DNA of 64,000 bases from Candidatus Gastranaerophilales bacterium. GTDB taxonomy: Bacteria; Cyanobacteriota; Vampirovibrionia; Gastranaerophilales; Gastranaerophilaceae. The notes beneath the pieces are model-generated. The model saw only the letters and a program-made list of their open reading frames with translations, made no database searches and was not told the DNA's origin. Position 1 is the stretch's first letter. Each line of letters starts with the position of its first letter. Positions 27,063 to 37,733 of this stretch are shown piece by piece. The DNA is taken from positions 2,020 through 66,019 of the forward strand of contig JAEEHV010000038.1 in assembly GCA_016280955.1 (NCBI GenBank), in the 5' to 3' direction. Position numbers and translations under genes: made by a program.

Positions 27063-28377
27063 TGTTTAAGTCCTCTCTTATTTTATTGATGATAATATCT
27101 GATGTTTTCTCCCATGAGAATATTTTTGCTCTTTCAAATCCTTTTTGGGAACATGAGTTTCTGAACTCGGAATCAAAATACATCTTTTCCATAGCCTGAA
27201 CCATTTGCTCATCAGAATACGGGTTTATCATAATTCCGGCATCACCGATTACTTCCGGCATGGATGAATTATCGGATGTTATAACGGGGCATCCGCACTG
27301 CATAGCCTCCAATACGGGAAGCCCAAAACCTTCATAGAGTGTCGGATAGACAAAGAATTCAGCTCCGGAGTACAAAACCGGAACATCTTCATCTTCAACA
27401 TATCCGATTGTTTGTATTAAATCTTTTGCGGATTCAAATTTATTAATCTGAGTTTCAAGTATCTCGGGAAATTTTTGCCATGAGGCACCGCCAAGGACAA
27501 ATACAAAATCTGTTATGTTGTTTTTCTTTACAAATTCCAGAAAATTTCTTATTGCAAAAACAAGGTTTTTTCTGGGTTCAAGTGTACAAAGACTGAAAAT
27601 ATATTTTTTATCGGCGGATATTCCGTATTTTTGTTTTGTTCTGTTGATAACATCTTTATTTTTTTCACAATAGAAACGGTCATCAGCACCGAGCAGTGAA
27701 ACCACAATGTGAGAAGGGTCAATTCCTTTTCTGTATTCGATAATATCTTTTTTTGTATTTTCAGATATAGCAAAATACGTATTTTTATAGTTTATTGATT
27801 TTGCAATTTTTTCCATTCCTGCCAGCTGTTCTTCAAAGCCTTTGTAATACTTTGCAAGTTTTATCGGAATTAAATCGTATATCAATAAATAAGATTTTAT
27901 GTTTTCTTTTGAGAGTATTAACGGATGAATCTTGAAACATGGAGAAAAAAATACGTTATAATTATTTATTACATTTTTAAAATTGGAATGCGGCAAAGCA
28001 AAATTATAAAAAAATCTGAATGCCCTGTAAATAAAAAATCTCAGTATTTTTTTCAGAATGTTATCATTTTTTCCTTTTGCATATTTTAGGCTTAAATCTG
28101 ATAAATAGTCCAGAAAAGGAATAATAGAAGGCGGAACAACATCTTCTACATTCAGGAATTTGCAGTTTTCCGGTACTATTCCGGACTCCTGCAATTTAAC
28201 TATATCTTTATAAGTCTGATATTCATAGAATAAAGTAATCTCAACATCTTCATATTTAGAAAATTCTTTTAGAAGATTTAAAGATGCAAAAAGTATTCCG
28301 CTGCGGTTTTTATTGTTGTGCAAAAAACTCGGCAGCACTGTAGCACTAAACAGCATTTTTATTTTTTTATTACTCAT
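27046..28377 (-). CDS. glycosyltransferase family 4 (GT-B), paralog of its neighbour
   Basis: YPTLYEGFGLPVLEAMQCGCPVITS; shares FSLCTL..RKNL with 25869..27062. Confidence 0.92.
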   Translation of the reverse strand: MSNKKIKMLFSATVLPSFLHNNKNRSGILFASLNLLKEFSKYEDVEITLFYEYQTYKDIVKLQESGIVPENCKFLNVEDVVPPSIIPFLDYLSDLSLKYAKGKNDNILKKILRFFIYRAFRFFYNFALPHSNFKNVINNYNVFFSPCFKIHPLILSKENIKSYLLIYDLIPIKLAKYYKGFEEQLAGMEKIAKSINYKNTYFAISENTKKDIIEYRKGIDPSHIVVSLLGADDRFYCEKNKDVINRTKQKYGISADKKYIFSLCTLEPRKNLVFAIRNFLEFVKKNNITDFVFVLGGASWQKFPEILETQINKFESAKDLIQTIGYVEDEDVPVLYSGAEFFVYPTLYEGFGLPVLEAMQCGCPVITSDNSSMPEVIGDAGIMINPYSDEQMVQAMEKMYFDSEFRNSCSQKGFERAKIFSWEKTSDIIINKIREDLNNETPV

Positions 28378-29267
28378 AAGCGAATTTTACCATAAATGTT
28401 TAATTTTTGTAGAATATTGTTGCTGTAGAAATTCATCAGTTGTGATAATTGTTTATCATTCCCTTTTTTATTTTGAGAGTATAGTGTTCTTGATTTATCC
28501 AAATTAAGCTGTCTTAAAAAATTCGTTACTGTTAAAGTTTTTATATGATTTTTGACAATTCTTATTTTTCTGTTGGAAACCAAAGCCATAAACCATAACC
28601 AAATATCATCATTTTGCGGAGAATATTTTAAAAATATATCAGAACGGAATACTTCATTCACAAAGCATTTTGGCGGATACAGAACCCCGCCGGCACCGGT
28701 AAGAAAATTGTCATATCTTGCAGACTCTTCGTTTATTTGTTTTTCCCACTTTTCGTATGGTTTGAGCTGATTTTTTGTATCTAAAACTACCCTGTGTGCT
28801 CTGTGGGCATGAATATCCTGAGGTGCTGATAAATATGAGTGGTATAATTTTTCCAGCCAGTTTTTCGGATAATATACATCATCATCGGCTGTTACTATTA
28901 CACATTCACCAAATTCTTTTAGTGCATATATTATTTTTGTATATGGACCAATATCTTTAACGAATCGTATCTCAAGTCCGTTTTTAATATATTTTGTTAC
29001 GGAATACGGAAGCTCTGCAAGAGAATATTCATCACTAAACCATAGTATTATTCTGTCCGGCAGGGTTGACTGGCTGAACAGTGAATATAATGAAAGCTCC
29101 AAATCGTCAAATCTTTCATCAAATGATGTTAGTGAAACAATGAGCGGAACTTCTCGTTTTATTTCAGTTATGCCTTTATAATCCCCTATCATATCCGAAA
29201 GATAACGAACTAAGGGATTAATTAAAAATCTTAAATGAAATTTGCAGTTAATTATTTTGTCAATCAT
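28374..29267 (-). CDS. GT-A fold glycosyltransferase
   Basis: IVSLTSF..R, DIGPYTK, IVTADDDVYYP (DxD) and NDDIW. Confidence 0.8.
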   Translation of the reverse strand: MIDKIINCKFHLRFLINPLVRYLSDMIGDYKGITEIKREVPLIVSLTSFDERFDDLELSLYSLFSQSTLPDRIILWFSDEYSLAELPYSVTKYIKNGLEIRFVKDIGPYTKIIYALKEFGECVIVTADDDVYYPKNWLEKLYHSYLSAPQDIHAHRAHRVVLDTKNQLKPYEKWEKQINEESARYDNFLTGAGGVLYPPKCFVNEVFRSDIFLKYSPQNDDIWLWFMALVSNRKIRIVKNHIKTLTVTNFLRQLNLDKSRTLYSQNKKGNDKQLSQLMNFYSNNILQKLNIYGKIRL

Positions 29268-30141
29268 TATTTATCAGCCTCGAAAGAATGATACTTTCTT
29301 TTGGTGTATTATGTGTGGTTTCCTGAGTTTTTAGCTTTTTGCACCATTCAAGAATCCTCTTTTCTGCTCTTGTGAGCGGTATATTTGCCGATTCTGTATC
29401 GATAAAAGGAGCGGCATATATAAACCAAATATTTTCAGTTAAACCGGATTTTTCTATTTCATTTTTTATATCAGCACCTTTTATTTTCGGTTTTGCAATC
29501 TTTTCTCCAAGGAGTTTATATATATCTTCTTCAATAAATCTGTCAAAAGCAACAGGGTTATTCAATTCAAAAGTTTCTTTAAGTTCTTTTTTTATTCTGT
29601 GATAGCTCATATCATAATTAATATTATTCAGATATGTATTTTGCAGAACTCTTGTTTTTTCGTCAAGTTCAAAACCGAACCGGACAGAAAATTTTAATCC
29701 TCTTATTATTCTTGACGGATCATCAATAAAACTGTTGTTGTGCAAAACTCTCAGTGTTTTATTTTGAATATCATTTATTCCGTTAAAATAATCAATAATC
29801 TCATTATCGGTCGTACGTTTTGCAAGTGAATTTACCGTAAAGTCGCGTCTTTTAACATCCATTTCCAAAGAGCATCCGGTTTGTTCTATTTTTGGCAAAT
29901 GTCCTTTTTGTGGATATGACTCGGTTCGTGTAGATGCTATGTCCGTAATTTGTCCTGATTCAAGACTAACTTTAACTGTGCAGAGTTCGGTATTTTTCTT
30001 AAGAATACGTAAATCATTATTTTCAGCAAATTCTATTGCATTACCTTCATAGCAAAAGTCTGTATCTATACTTTGTATTCCGAGAATTTCATCCCTTACA
30101 GCCCCGCCTATAAAATATAGTTTTTGATTTTTTAAACACAT
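29260..30141 (-). CDS. cca: class II tRNA nucleotidyltransferase (CCA/poly(A) polymerase family)
   Basis: GGAVRD..LG....D.D, RRDFTVN and F.DDPSRIIR motifs. Confidence 0.85.
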   Translation of the reverse strand: MCLKNQKLYFIGGAVRDEILGIQSIDTDFCYEGNAIEFAENNDLRILKKNTELCTVKVSLESGQITDIASTRTESYPQKGHLPKIEQTGCSLEMDVKRRDFTVNSLAKRTTDNEIIDYFNGINDIQNKTLRVLHNNSFIDDPSRIIRGLKFSVRFGFELDEKTRVLQNTYLNNINYDMSYHRIKKELKETFELNNPVAFDRFIEEDIYKLLGEKIAKPKIKGADIKNEIEKSGLTENIWFIYAAPFIDTESANIPLTRAEKRILEWCKKLKTQETTHNTPKESIILSRLINND

Positions 30142-30151
30142 ATTAATTTTA

Positions 30152-31213
30152 TTAATTTTCCGTTTTATTTTCTTTTTGATTTTGTGATTGTTTGTTATGA
30201 ATAACTGATGAAACTACCGCACTGATTATAAATACCAATCCGAGAAGTCCTGTAATAACTTCCGGTACTTCGTGTACCGAAGATATAAACATAAGTATCG
30301 CCAGTGTACCTATAGCCCAGTGTGCCCCGTGTTCAAGATATAAAAATTCTTTGAGAGTCTTCTTTTCAACAAGCATAATTGTCAGTGACCTGACAAACAT
30401 GGCACCGATAAATAATCCTATGGTAATTATAATAATATCTTTACTTAGAGCAAATGCTCCCAATACACCGTCAAGTGAAAAAGAAGCATCAATTAATTCA
30501 AGGTAAAGGAATCCGATAAGCCCTGAACACTTAACCGAATTGGCATAGAGTTTTGCTCTTGCTTCCTGTTTTCTTTCAAGCCATTCAGCAAGTCCGTCTA
30601 TCGCCAGATAGGTCAATATACCGGCAGTTCCGGACAGAAATGTTGACATTCTTTGTGCTACGGGTGTCATAAATAATAAAATTGCAAGTATGCCATATGT
30701 TGCAACCGTGCATATTCCTCTATAATTTCCTAATTTATTTAAAGTGACTTCAACAGGTCTTATCCAGTGTATTTCTTTGTCTTTTTCCGTAAAATAGTCC
30801 AGAAACAGCATAAGCAAAAATGCTCCGCCAAACGTAATTATCGTAGGATGCGCCACCTGAAGATAATGAGCATAAGTATTTACATCGTTAATTGCCATAT
30901 TAAGCACTGACGATATACTATGTTTGGAAAACAGTGCCACAACTGCAAGCGGAAATAAAAATCTCATACCGAATACTGCAATAAGTATCCCCCAGGTAAT
31001 AAATCTGTGCCGCCATTTTGCAGACATATTTTCAAGCTTCATAGCATTAACAACGGCATTATCAAACGATAAACTTATTTCAAGTATTGCAAGAACAGAT
31101 GCAATAAATACGCAGGTCAAACCGGTTCCGGGATGTATTCTTTCTCCCCACAAATAAGCTGCAGCAAGACCTAATATTGTTACTATATAAGAACCTGTAA
31201 AATATTTATACAT
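30152..31213 (-). CDS. DUF475/TerC-like integral membrane protein
   Basis: LEISLSFDNAVVNA and ELIDASFSLDGV motifs. Confidence 0.85.
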   Translation of the reverse strand: MYKYFTGSYIVTILGLAAAYLWGERIHPGTGLTCVFIASVLAILEISLSFDNAVVNAMKLENMSAKWRHRFITWGILIAVFGMRFLFPLAVVALFSKHSISSVLNMAINDVNTYAHYLQVAHPTIITFGGAFLLMLFLDYFTEKDKEIHWIRPVEVTLNKLGNYRGICTVATYGILAILLFMTPVAQRMSTFLSGTAGILTYLAIDGLAEWLERKQEARAKLYANSVKCSGLIGFLYLELIDASFSLDGVLGAFALSKDIIIITIGLFIGAMFVRSLTIMLVEKKTLKEFLYLEHGAHWAIGTLAILMFISSVHEVPEVITGLLGLVFIISAVVSSVIHNKQSQNQKENKTEN

Positions 31214-31341
31214 AAAACACCTCCTTCTTAAGAATTATAATATAAATACATATTTTGTGTAAACAAACGGTAATGTTATATGTTTAATAAATTTGTTTTT
31301 CATGATAAAATATCGGTTGTCAAAATTTTAAGGAGGGAAGA

Positions 31342-32178
31342 ATGAAAAAAATTCTGATATCAATTTTTACTGCAGTACTATTTGTTATACCGGCTAATGC
31401 TGCAACCTGGGATGCATCGGCAAGGATTGATTCCGTATCAAAAGTAATTGTTCAAAAGAACAGTCTGCCGGCAAAACTTCAGTTTAAAACGGTAGAAGGT
31501 GCTGTTAACAACTCAACTACATCAGCTACAAATATCGTACAGATATCAAAAGCTGATTTGGCTTATGCCGGTAACGATAATGAAGTTGCTGCGGTTGTAG
31601 CTTATGAACTCGGACAAATTATTAACGGAAAAGCCGGTAAAGATAATATGAGAAAAGCAGCAAAAGAAATACTTGCTGAAAAATTAAGTTCGGATAACAT
31701 AATTAATACGACAGCAAACAGTGAATTTTGGAATAGCAAAACGACATTGAGAGATCAAAAAGAAGCTGATATGACAGCAGTCGATTTGATGATTAATGCG
31801 GGATATAACCCACTTGCTCTTGTTGTAGTTATTACAAAGATGCCGGGAAGCAATCTTGAACTTATAATGGGTAAACCTGCAAATTCAGAAAGAGCAATGA
31901 GTGTTTACAATTATCTCTTGTATAATTATTCGGACAAAGTAAAAGCCGGATACGGATGTCAGGAGTATCGCAACTTTTTAACTTATGCTGATCCTATTGT
32001 ACAAAAAAGAGAAAGCAGCAAACGTCAAGTTAAAAAATTTGCAAAAGAACAGGAGAAAATTAAAACAATGAGGGCAAAAAGCCTGAATCAATACAAAATG
32101 TCAGGCGGATTAAGCGGATGGGATGCAACTTATGCCGTTTTGAATGAACTTTCAACAACTAACGAAAGCAAAAAATAG
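31342..32178 (+). CDS. exported M48-peptidase-like protein lacking the zinc motif
   Basis: Signal peptide; NEVAAVVAYELGQ in place of HExxH; EAD..A..LM..AGYNP retained. Confidence 0.7.
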   Translation: MKKILISIFTAVLFVIPANAATWDASARIDSVSKVIVQKNSLPAKLQFKTVEGAVNNSTTSATNIVQISKADLAYAGNDNEVAAVVAYELGQIINGKAGKDNMRKAAKEILAEKLSSDNIINTTANSEFWNSKTTLRDQKEADMTAVDLMINAGYNPLALVVVITKMPGSNLELIMGKPANSERAMSVYNYLLYNYSDKVKAGYGCQEYRNFLTYADPIVQKRESSKRQVKKFAKEQEKIKTMRAKSLNQYKMSGGLSGWDATYAVLNELSTTNESKK

Positions 32179-32183
32179 TTATA

Positions 32184-32217
32184 AAAAACTAAGGTGCTAA
32201 TCAGCACCTTAGTTTTT
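32184..32217. terminator. 15-bp perfect hairpin, probably a bidirectional terminator
   Basis: aaaaactaaggtgct-aatc-agcaccttagttttt. Confidence 0.8.
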
Positions 32218-32227
32218 GGGGTGTAAA

Positions 32228-33154
32228 ATGAAAAGAATATTGATAACAGGCGGAGCGGGCTTCATAGGCTCGCATTTGTGCAAAAAGTTAACTGAGGCAG
32301 GTCATTATGTAATCTGTCTGGACAACTTGTTTACGGGTTCTAAAAAAAACATTGAACCATTATTAAAAAATGAAAATTTCAGGTTTGTAGAACACGATGT
32401 TACTGAAGAATTTTGTACGGATATTGATGAAATATACAATCTCGCTTGTCCGGCAAGCCCGCCCCACTATCAATATGATCCGGTAAAAACAATAAGAACT
32501 TCCGTTATAGGCATTTCCAACATGCTTGAAATAGCTAAAAAAAGCAGTGCAAAAATCCTTCAGGCATCAACGAGCGAGGTCTATGGCGATCCTCTTGTTC
32601 ATCCGCAAAAAGAAGAATATTGGGGAAATGTCAACCCTATAGGGATAAGAAGTTGCTATGACGAAGGGAAACGTTGTGCCGAAACAATTATGAGCGATTA
32701 CCACAGACAATTCGGTGTAAATACAAGAATAGTAAGAATTTTTAATACTTACGGACCTAATATGGCGGTAAATGATGGCAGAGTTGTATCTAATTTTATT
32801 ATACAAGCCCTAAAAAATGAAGATATTACTATATACGGAGACGGCTCACAGACTCGTTCTTTCTGCTATGTTGACGATTTGGTTAACGGCTTAATCAAGT
32901 TAATGGAAAGCAATTATCACAAGCCTGTTAATATAGGTAATCCTTCCGAAAGAACTGTTTTGGAGCTTGCATCACTGATTATTGAACTTACAAATTCAAA
33001 ATCCGAAATTGTATATAAACCGCTTCCTTCTGATGATCCAATAAAACGCAGACCTGATATTACATTAGCTCAAAAGCTGCTAAACTGGGAGCCAACGGTT
33101 GATATTAAAGACGGACTTATTAAAACAATAGATTATTTCAAGACAAAAATATAA
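32228..33154 (+). CDS. UDP-glucuronate decarboxylase (UXS, extended SDR)
   Basis: [49 protein letters not shown]. Confidence 0.92.
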   Translation: MKRILITGGAGFIGSHLCKKLTEAGHYVICLDNLFTGSKKNIEPLLKNENFRFVEHDVTEEFCTDIDEIYNLACPASPPHYQYDPVKTIRTSVIGISNMLEIAKKSSAKILQASTSEVYGDPLVHPQKEEYWGNVNPIGIRSCYDEGKRCAETIMSDYHRQFGVNTRIVRIFNTYGPNMAVNDGRVVSNFIIQALKNEDITIYGDGSQTRSFCYVDDLVNGLIKLMESNYHKPVNIGNPSERTVLELASLIIELTNSKSEIVYKPLPSDDPIKRRPDITLAQKLLNWEPTVDIKDGLIKTIDYFKTKI

Positions 33155-33246
33155 TATTTTCAAAATTAATATTAAAAAATGTTAATATTTATCCCTATAT
33201 TTATCCGATATTTGCCTGTTTCGGCAATTTGGGGTAATATAAAAAT

Positions 33247-34797
33247 ATGAACAAGGGGAAGATTGTAGTAGTCGATGATGAAACCATAATAACCTCTGCT
33301 TTTAAGACATTGCTTAAAGTAGAGGGGTTTAATGACGGTCATTTTTTTAATTCTCCGGCAGAAGCATTGGAATTTTTGAAGGATAATAAGCCTGATATTG
33401 TAGTTTCAGACTTTTTGATGCCTGATATGAACGGGCTTGAATTTCTTACTGAAGTTAACAAACTTTATCCCGAAGTCAGTAAAATACTTTTAACAGGATA
33501 TGCGGATAAAGAAAATGCTATCAGAGCAATCAATGAAGTAGGATTATATCGATACATAGAAAAGCCCTGGGATAACAATGATTTAATTTTAAATATCCGA
33601 AATGGTATAGAGAGAAGTTATTTACTCTCAGAGTTGAGACATACTATAAGTGAGCTTGAGATTGCAAAAAAAGAGCTGGAAAAGTACTCTCATTCTCTGG
33701 AAGAACTCGTTGAAGAACGTACGGCAGATTTAAAACAGTCAAATGCAAAGCTGGAAGGAATTGTCAGTTATTGTGCCGACGGTATAGTTATTCTGAATGA
33801 AGATGGTATAATTGAGCAGGTAAATCCGGCTTGCGAATCAATGATAGGACATATAAGCCAAAAACTAATCAATGCTTCAATTGATGATTTTTTGTTCAGT
33901 CCGAAAACTTTTATATCAAAAGAATTACACAATTTTGAAGAAAGCGAACTTCTGCTTAGAAATTTCTGTGTAAAAAATCCTTTTACAAACTCGGAAACAC
34001 CGGTAGAAATCAGTTTTGCAAGAATAAATCCCGAAGATTGTTTTAAACGGTTTGTTGGGGTAATAAGAGATGTAACCGAGCAAAAGAAAGCAGACAGATT
34101 AAGAGATGATTTTATTGCAACTCTCACGCACGATTTGAGAACTCCGCTGCTTGCCGCAATACAGACCTTAAACTTTTTCCTGGACGGTGCATTGGGCGAA
34201 CTTGATGAAAAACAAAAAGTTCTCCTTTCGACAATGAAAAAAAGTAACGAAGATTTATTGGGATTGGTAAATGCACTTCTTGAAGTGTATAAATATGATG
34301 CTGAAAAATTAACCCTGACCAAAACGAATTTTAATATTTACAATCTGGTTCATCAGGTTTATGAAGAACTTATGCCGCTTGCACAATCTAAGAATGTTGA
34401 ATTTACGATAGATACCGAACTCTTTGATACGGAGATTTATGCTGACAGAAGTGAGCTTCGCCGTGTAATTTGTAATTTATGCGGAAATGCGATTAACTAT
34501 ACACAAGAGGGCGGCAAGGTTGTTATCACGTTAAAGGTGGAAGGACAAGATTTGATATTTTCCGTATCCGATAACGGTTCCGGAATACCTCAGGAGGATA
34601 TCCCAAATATGTTCCAGCGATTTTCTCAGGGAACAAGCAAAAAACGTTCGACAGGAACAGGGCTTGGACTATATTTGTCCAGACAAATAATTGAATCTCA
34701 CGGCGGAAAAATCTGGCTCGAGAGTGTCCTGAATAAAGGCAGTGAATTTTCATTCCTGCTTACGGATGTAGTCAGGGAAAAAGCTGTGCAAAAATAA
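33247..34797 (+). CDS. hybrid REC-PAS histidine kinase
   Basis: N-terminal receiver (VVDDE, SDFLMP), PAS region, H-box HDLRTPL, N/G boxes NLCGNA, DNGSG, GTGLGL. Confidence 0.92.
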   Translation: MNKGKIVVVDDETIITSAFKTLLKVEGFNDGHFFNSPAEALEFLKDNKPDIVVSDFLMPDMNGLEFLTEVNKLYPEVSKILLTGYADKENAIRAINEVGLYRYIEKPWDNNDLILNIRNGIERSYLLSELRHTISELEIAKKELEKYSHSLEELVEERTADLKQSNAKLEGIVSYCADGIVILNEDGIIEQVNPACESMIGHISQKLINASIDDFLFSPKTFISKELHNFEESELLLRNFCVKNPFTNSETPVEISFARINPEDCFKRFVGVIRDVTEQKKADRLRDDFIATLTHDLRTPLLAAIQTLNFFLDGALGELDEKQKVLLSTMKKSNEDLLGLVNALLEVYKYDAEKLTLTKTNFNIYNLVHQVYEELMPLAQSKNVEFTIDTELFDTEIYADRSELRRVICNLCGNAINYTQEGGKVVITLKVEGQDLIFSVSDNGSGIPQEDIPNMFQRFSQGTSKKRSTGTGLGLYLSRQIIESHGGKIWLESVLNKGSEFSFLLTDVVREKAVQK

Positions 34798-34843
34798 TAA
34801 ATATAAAATTTCCTTATCTGTAAAAGAATAGGGGGAGGAGTAA

Positions 34844-35512
34844 ATGATAAACGTATTGTTGGTAGAAGATCATGAATTATGGAGAATGGGGCTTTCAATG
34901 CTTCTGAGCAAGGCTGACGGTATAAATTTACTGGCAGAAGCTGCTGACGGAATTGAAGGTATAAGAAAAGCAAGGGAACTTTCTCCTGATGTAATTTTAA
35001 TGGATATAGGACTTCCTAACATTGACGGAATAGAAGCTACGGCAAGAATTAAAGAATTTAATCCCGATGTAAAAATACTTATATTTACATCCCGTGACAG
35101 TGAAGCAGATGTTTTTGCATCATTTAAAGCAGGTGCAGACGGATATATTATGAAAGGTGCAACTCACGAACAAACAATATCTGCAATAAAGGCGGTTTAT
35201 GAAGGCATTGGCTGGATTGACTCAGGTATTGCGAAAATGGTTTTTGCCAACCTTCAGCAGCCCTCACAAAATCTGGTTTCAGAGCCCGATTCAGTAAAAT
35301 CTGCAAAAAGAAATTCATACGGACTTACCGAAAGAGAACTGGATGTTTTAGAACTTATTGTGGAAGGACTTACAAATCCGCAAATTGCTGAAAAACTTGT
35401 AATATCAAGAGCCACTGCAAAAGCTCATGTACACAGTATTTTACAGAAATTATGCACCACTTCAAGAACACAGGCAACCGTCAGAGCCATAAGCGAAGGA
35501 CTTGTTAAATAA
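34844..35512 (+). CDS. NarL/LuxR family response regulator
   Basis: LVEDH, MDIGLP, C-terminal LTERELDVL..IVEGLTNPQIA.KL.IS..T.K.HV. Confidence 0.95.
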   Translation: MINVLLVEDHELWRMGLSMLLSKADGINLLAEAADGIEGIRKARELSPDVILMDIGLPNIDGIEATARIKEFNPDVKILIFTSRDSEADVFASFKAGADGYIMKGATHEQTISAIKAVYEGIGWIDSGIAKMVFANLQQPSQNLVSEPDSVKSAKRNSYGLTERELDVLELIVEGLTNPQIAEKLVISRATAKAHVHSILQKLCTTSRTQATVRAISEGLVK

Positions 35513-36876
35513 TGTTTTCATGTCTTGCAGGAATGTATATGGCGGCAAAAGTTCATTTAACGCAGGCAAAAAATAATGTCACGCGTAAATCCGACACGCA
35601 AGTTTCCGAAATGGTTTATAAAAATAAAACGGACAAAAAGGACGAAAAAGAAAAATTTAAAAAATCTCGTATGCCTGAATCCGGCTATATGACAGTTGAG
35701 GAATACGAGTCAAAATCCAGAGCTTTAACAAAAAAAGAAATAAATGCAAAAATCCTTGATAAGCCTGATATGCCAAAGGATAAAAATTATGTATATGTTC
35801 CCCAGCATAAGTTCAAGCTGGTTAAATACAATGAGCCTGTAGGCAGTCCTGAGCTTTCACTTCCCAGAAAACTTCAGTTTGACAGACAAATAAATGCTCA
35901 GGGAATTGTTTCCGGTGATTACACAAAACTGATTTATCCTTCAGTTTATTATTATGCTGAAGCAGATTGTGTAAGTTGTGATTTATTCCAGATAAATTTG
36001 GATCCGACACTTTCCAATATTGAAAAAGTCACCAAAGCAAATGTTCTTAATAAAGAGCCAAAACCTATTTTATCAACCAGCAAAGATATTGACAGGAAAT
36101 ATGTATTCAGAACACTTACACCAATTGATTTTTCCGAAGATAATACAAAACTTTTAATAAAAGAAAAAATCGGATATAAACATGACGGTATCTGGAAAAC
36201 AGACATTTGGGTTTATGATTTTGATAAAAAAGAGCCCAAACGTCTTTCAGCTCTCAGGGAAGCAATTATAAATTACTGGCAGAATAAGGAAAATATAGAT
36301 TTAAGCGAAAAACGTTGGGATATATATCCTATGGGGTTTGATGCCAATAATGATAACCGTGTAATCGCAAGTGCCTATGCTTATACCGGAAGTAACCCTA
36401 AATTTCTTGGCACCTGGAGTATTGATATAAATAATCAAATGTCAAAAATTGAATCTCTGACCGGAACATTTGTTCCAATATCCGTTGTCGGATATAAACT
36501 GTCGGAAGAATATGATGTAGTACCTTTTTCAGAACTTAAGTTTGACGAAAAGCAGGCAAAAAAAGAAGTAAGAGCCGAAAAAAAGTCAGAGAAAAAAGAG
36601 AAAAAAATTGAAAATGCCGCAAATAAATTCGAATATATGCAAAAAGTTCGTCAAATGGATGCGGAAACACTTATGAAAATAAAAGCACGGCAAAAGACTC
36701 TGAAAGAAACAAAACAAAAATCCAAAGACGGAATTACAAATAATATCGGAGAAGAAAATCCTCAGCCGGGAGCCGATAATATTGATGTTCAAAATGGTGA
36801 AACATCAATTCAGGGTGAAATAATTGATAAAAATTCCGATGAGGAGCCTTTTGAAAGTATTGATGATTTAGAATAA
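35512..36876 (+). CDS. hypothetical protein
   Basis: 454-aa ORF overlapping the response regulator stop codon; beta-rich core, acidic tail. Confidence 0.7.
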   Translation: MFSCLAGMYMAAKVHLTQAKNNVTRKSDTQVSEMVYKNKTDKKDEKEKFKKSRMPESGYMTVEEYESKSRALTKKEINAKILDKPDMPKDKNYVYVPQHKFKLVKYNEPVGSPELSLPRKLQFDRQINAQGIVSGDYTKLIYPSVYYYAEADCVSCDLFQINLDPTLSNIEKVTKANVLNKEPKPILSTSKDIDRKYVFRTLTPIDFSEDNTKLLIKEKIGYKHDGIWKTDIWVYDFDKKEPKRLSALREAIINYWQNKENIDLSEKRWDIYPMGFDANNDNRVIASAYAYTGSNPKFLGTWSIDINNQMSKIESLTGTFVPISVVGYKLSEEYDVVPFSELKFDEKQAKKEVRAEKKSEKKEKKIENAANKFEYMQKVRQMDAETLMKIKARQKTLKETKQKSKDGITNNIGEENPQPGADNIDVQNGETSIQGEIIDKNSDEEPFESIDDLE

Positions 36877-36901
36877 TTAAATAATAGAAAAGGAGAAAAT
36901 T

Positions 36902-37648
36902 ATGAAAAAAACATTAATTGCAATCGCAATATTATCAATATTTGCCGGATGTACTTATACAACTGCTGCTCAGATTGAAAAGGAACGCGGCTATATCTCC
37001 GTATCGACATCTGCCGATGCCGAAATTGCACCCGATATTGCAGAAATATCTTTTTCCGTAAAAACATCAGACAGTAAATCTATGCAAAAAGCAACACTTA
37101 TGAACAAAGACATTTCGGAAAAAATATATACTATGCTTAAAGAAGTAATTAACACTTCTAACGGTGACTATATAAAAACTTCAAATTACAATGCAACACC
37201 TGTATATAATTACAATGGCAACAAAAGAACACTTGATAAGTATGAGGTTTCAAACAGAGTTACCGTTCATACAAAATCACTGGATAAACTCGGTTCAATG
37301 ATTGATAAAGCAACAGAAGCCGGAGCTACCAATATTGATTCTTTAAAATTTTCAGTATCAAACTATGAAAATAAGTGTAATTCACTAATAGAAACGGCTA
37401 CGCAAAAAGCATCAACAAGAGCATCGATAGCTGCCCGTGGTTCTAATTCTTCTTTAGACGGCATAAAATCAATGGATGTCAGCTGCAGTGAAAGTTATAA
37501 TAATAGCAATATGAGAGTATTTGCCGCAAAAAATATGATGGATACTCTTGCAGAAGGAGCTGCTCAGTCTGCTGTACCGACTACGTCTATTTCCGGTGGT
37601 GTAATTAAAGTTTTTGCAAATGTACACGCAGTTTATTATGTTAAGTAA
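36902..37648 (+). CDS. SIMPL/DUF541 family periplasmic protein
   Basis: Signal peptide; ISVS..A..EIAPD.A.I.F.V and ID.A..AGA..I..L.F patterns. Confidence 0.85.
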   Translation: MKKTLIAIAILSIFAGCTYTTAAQIEKERGYISVSTSADAEIAPDIAEISFSVKTSDSKSMQKATLMNKDISEKIYTMLKEVINTSNGDYIKTSNYNATPVYNYNGNKRTLDKYEVSNRVTVHTKSLDKLGSMIDKATEAGATNIDSLKFSVSNYENKCNSLIETATQKASTRASIAARGSNSSLDGIKSMDVSCSESYNNSNMRVFAAKNMMDTLAEGAAQSAVPTTSISGGVIKVFANVHAVYYVK

Positions 37649-37733
37649 TAACAAACTGCCGACTGCAAAATTCTGTATTTGTAACAAAAATTTATTATTT
37701 GAATTTCAGCAATATTTAATCTAAAATTATGGT

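Noticed and set aside
33183-33211. TCCGATAT as a sigma28 -10 upstream of the hybrid kinase
   Set aside because: No TAAA at the 15-16 nt spacing.
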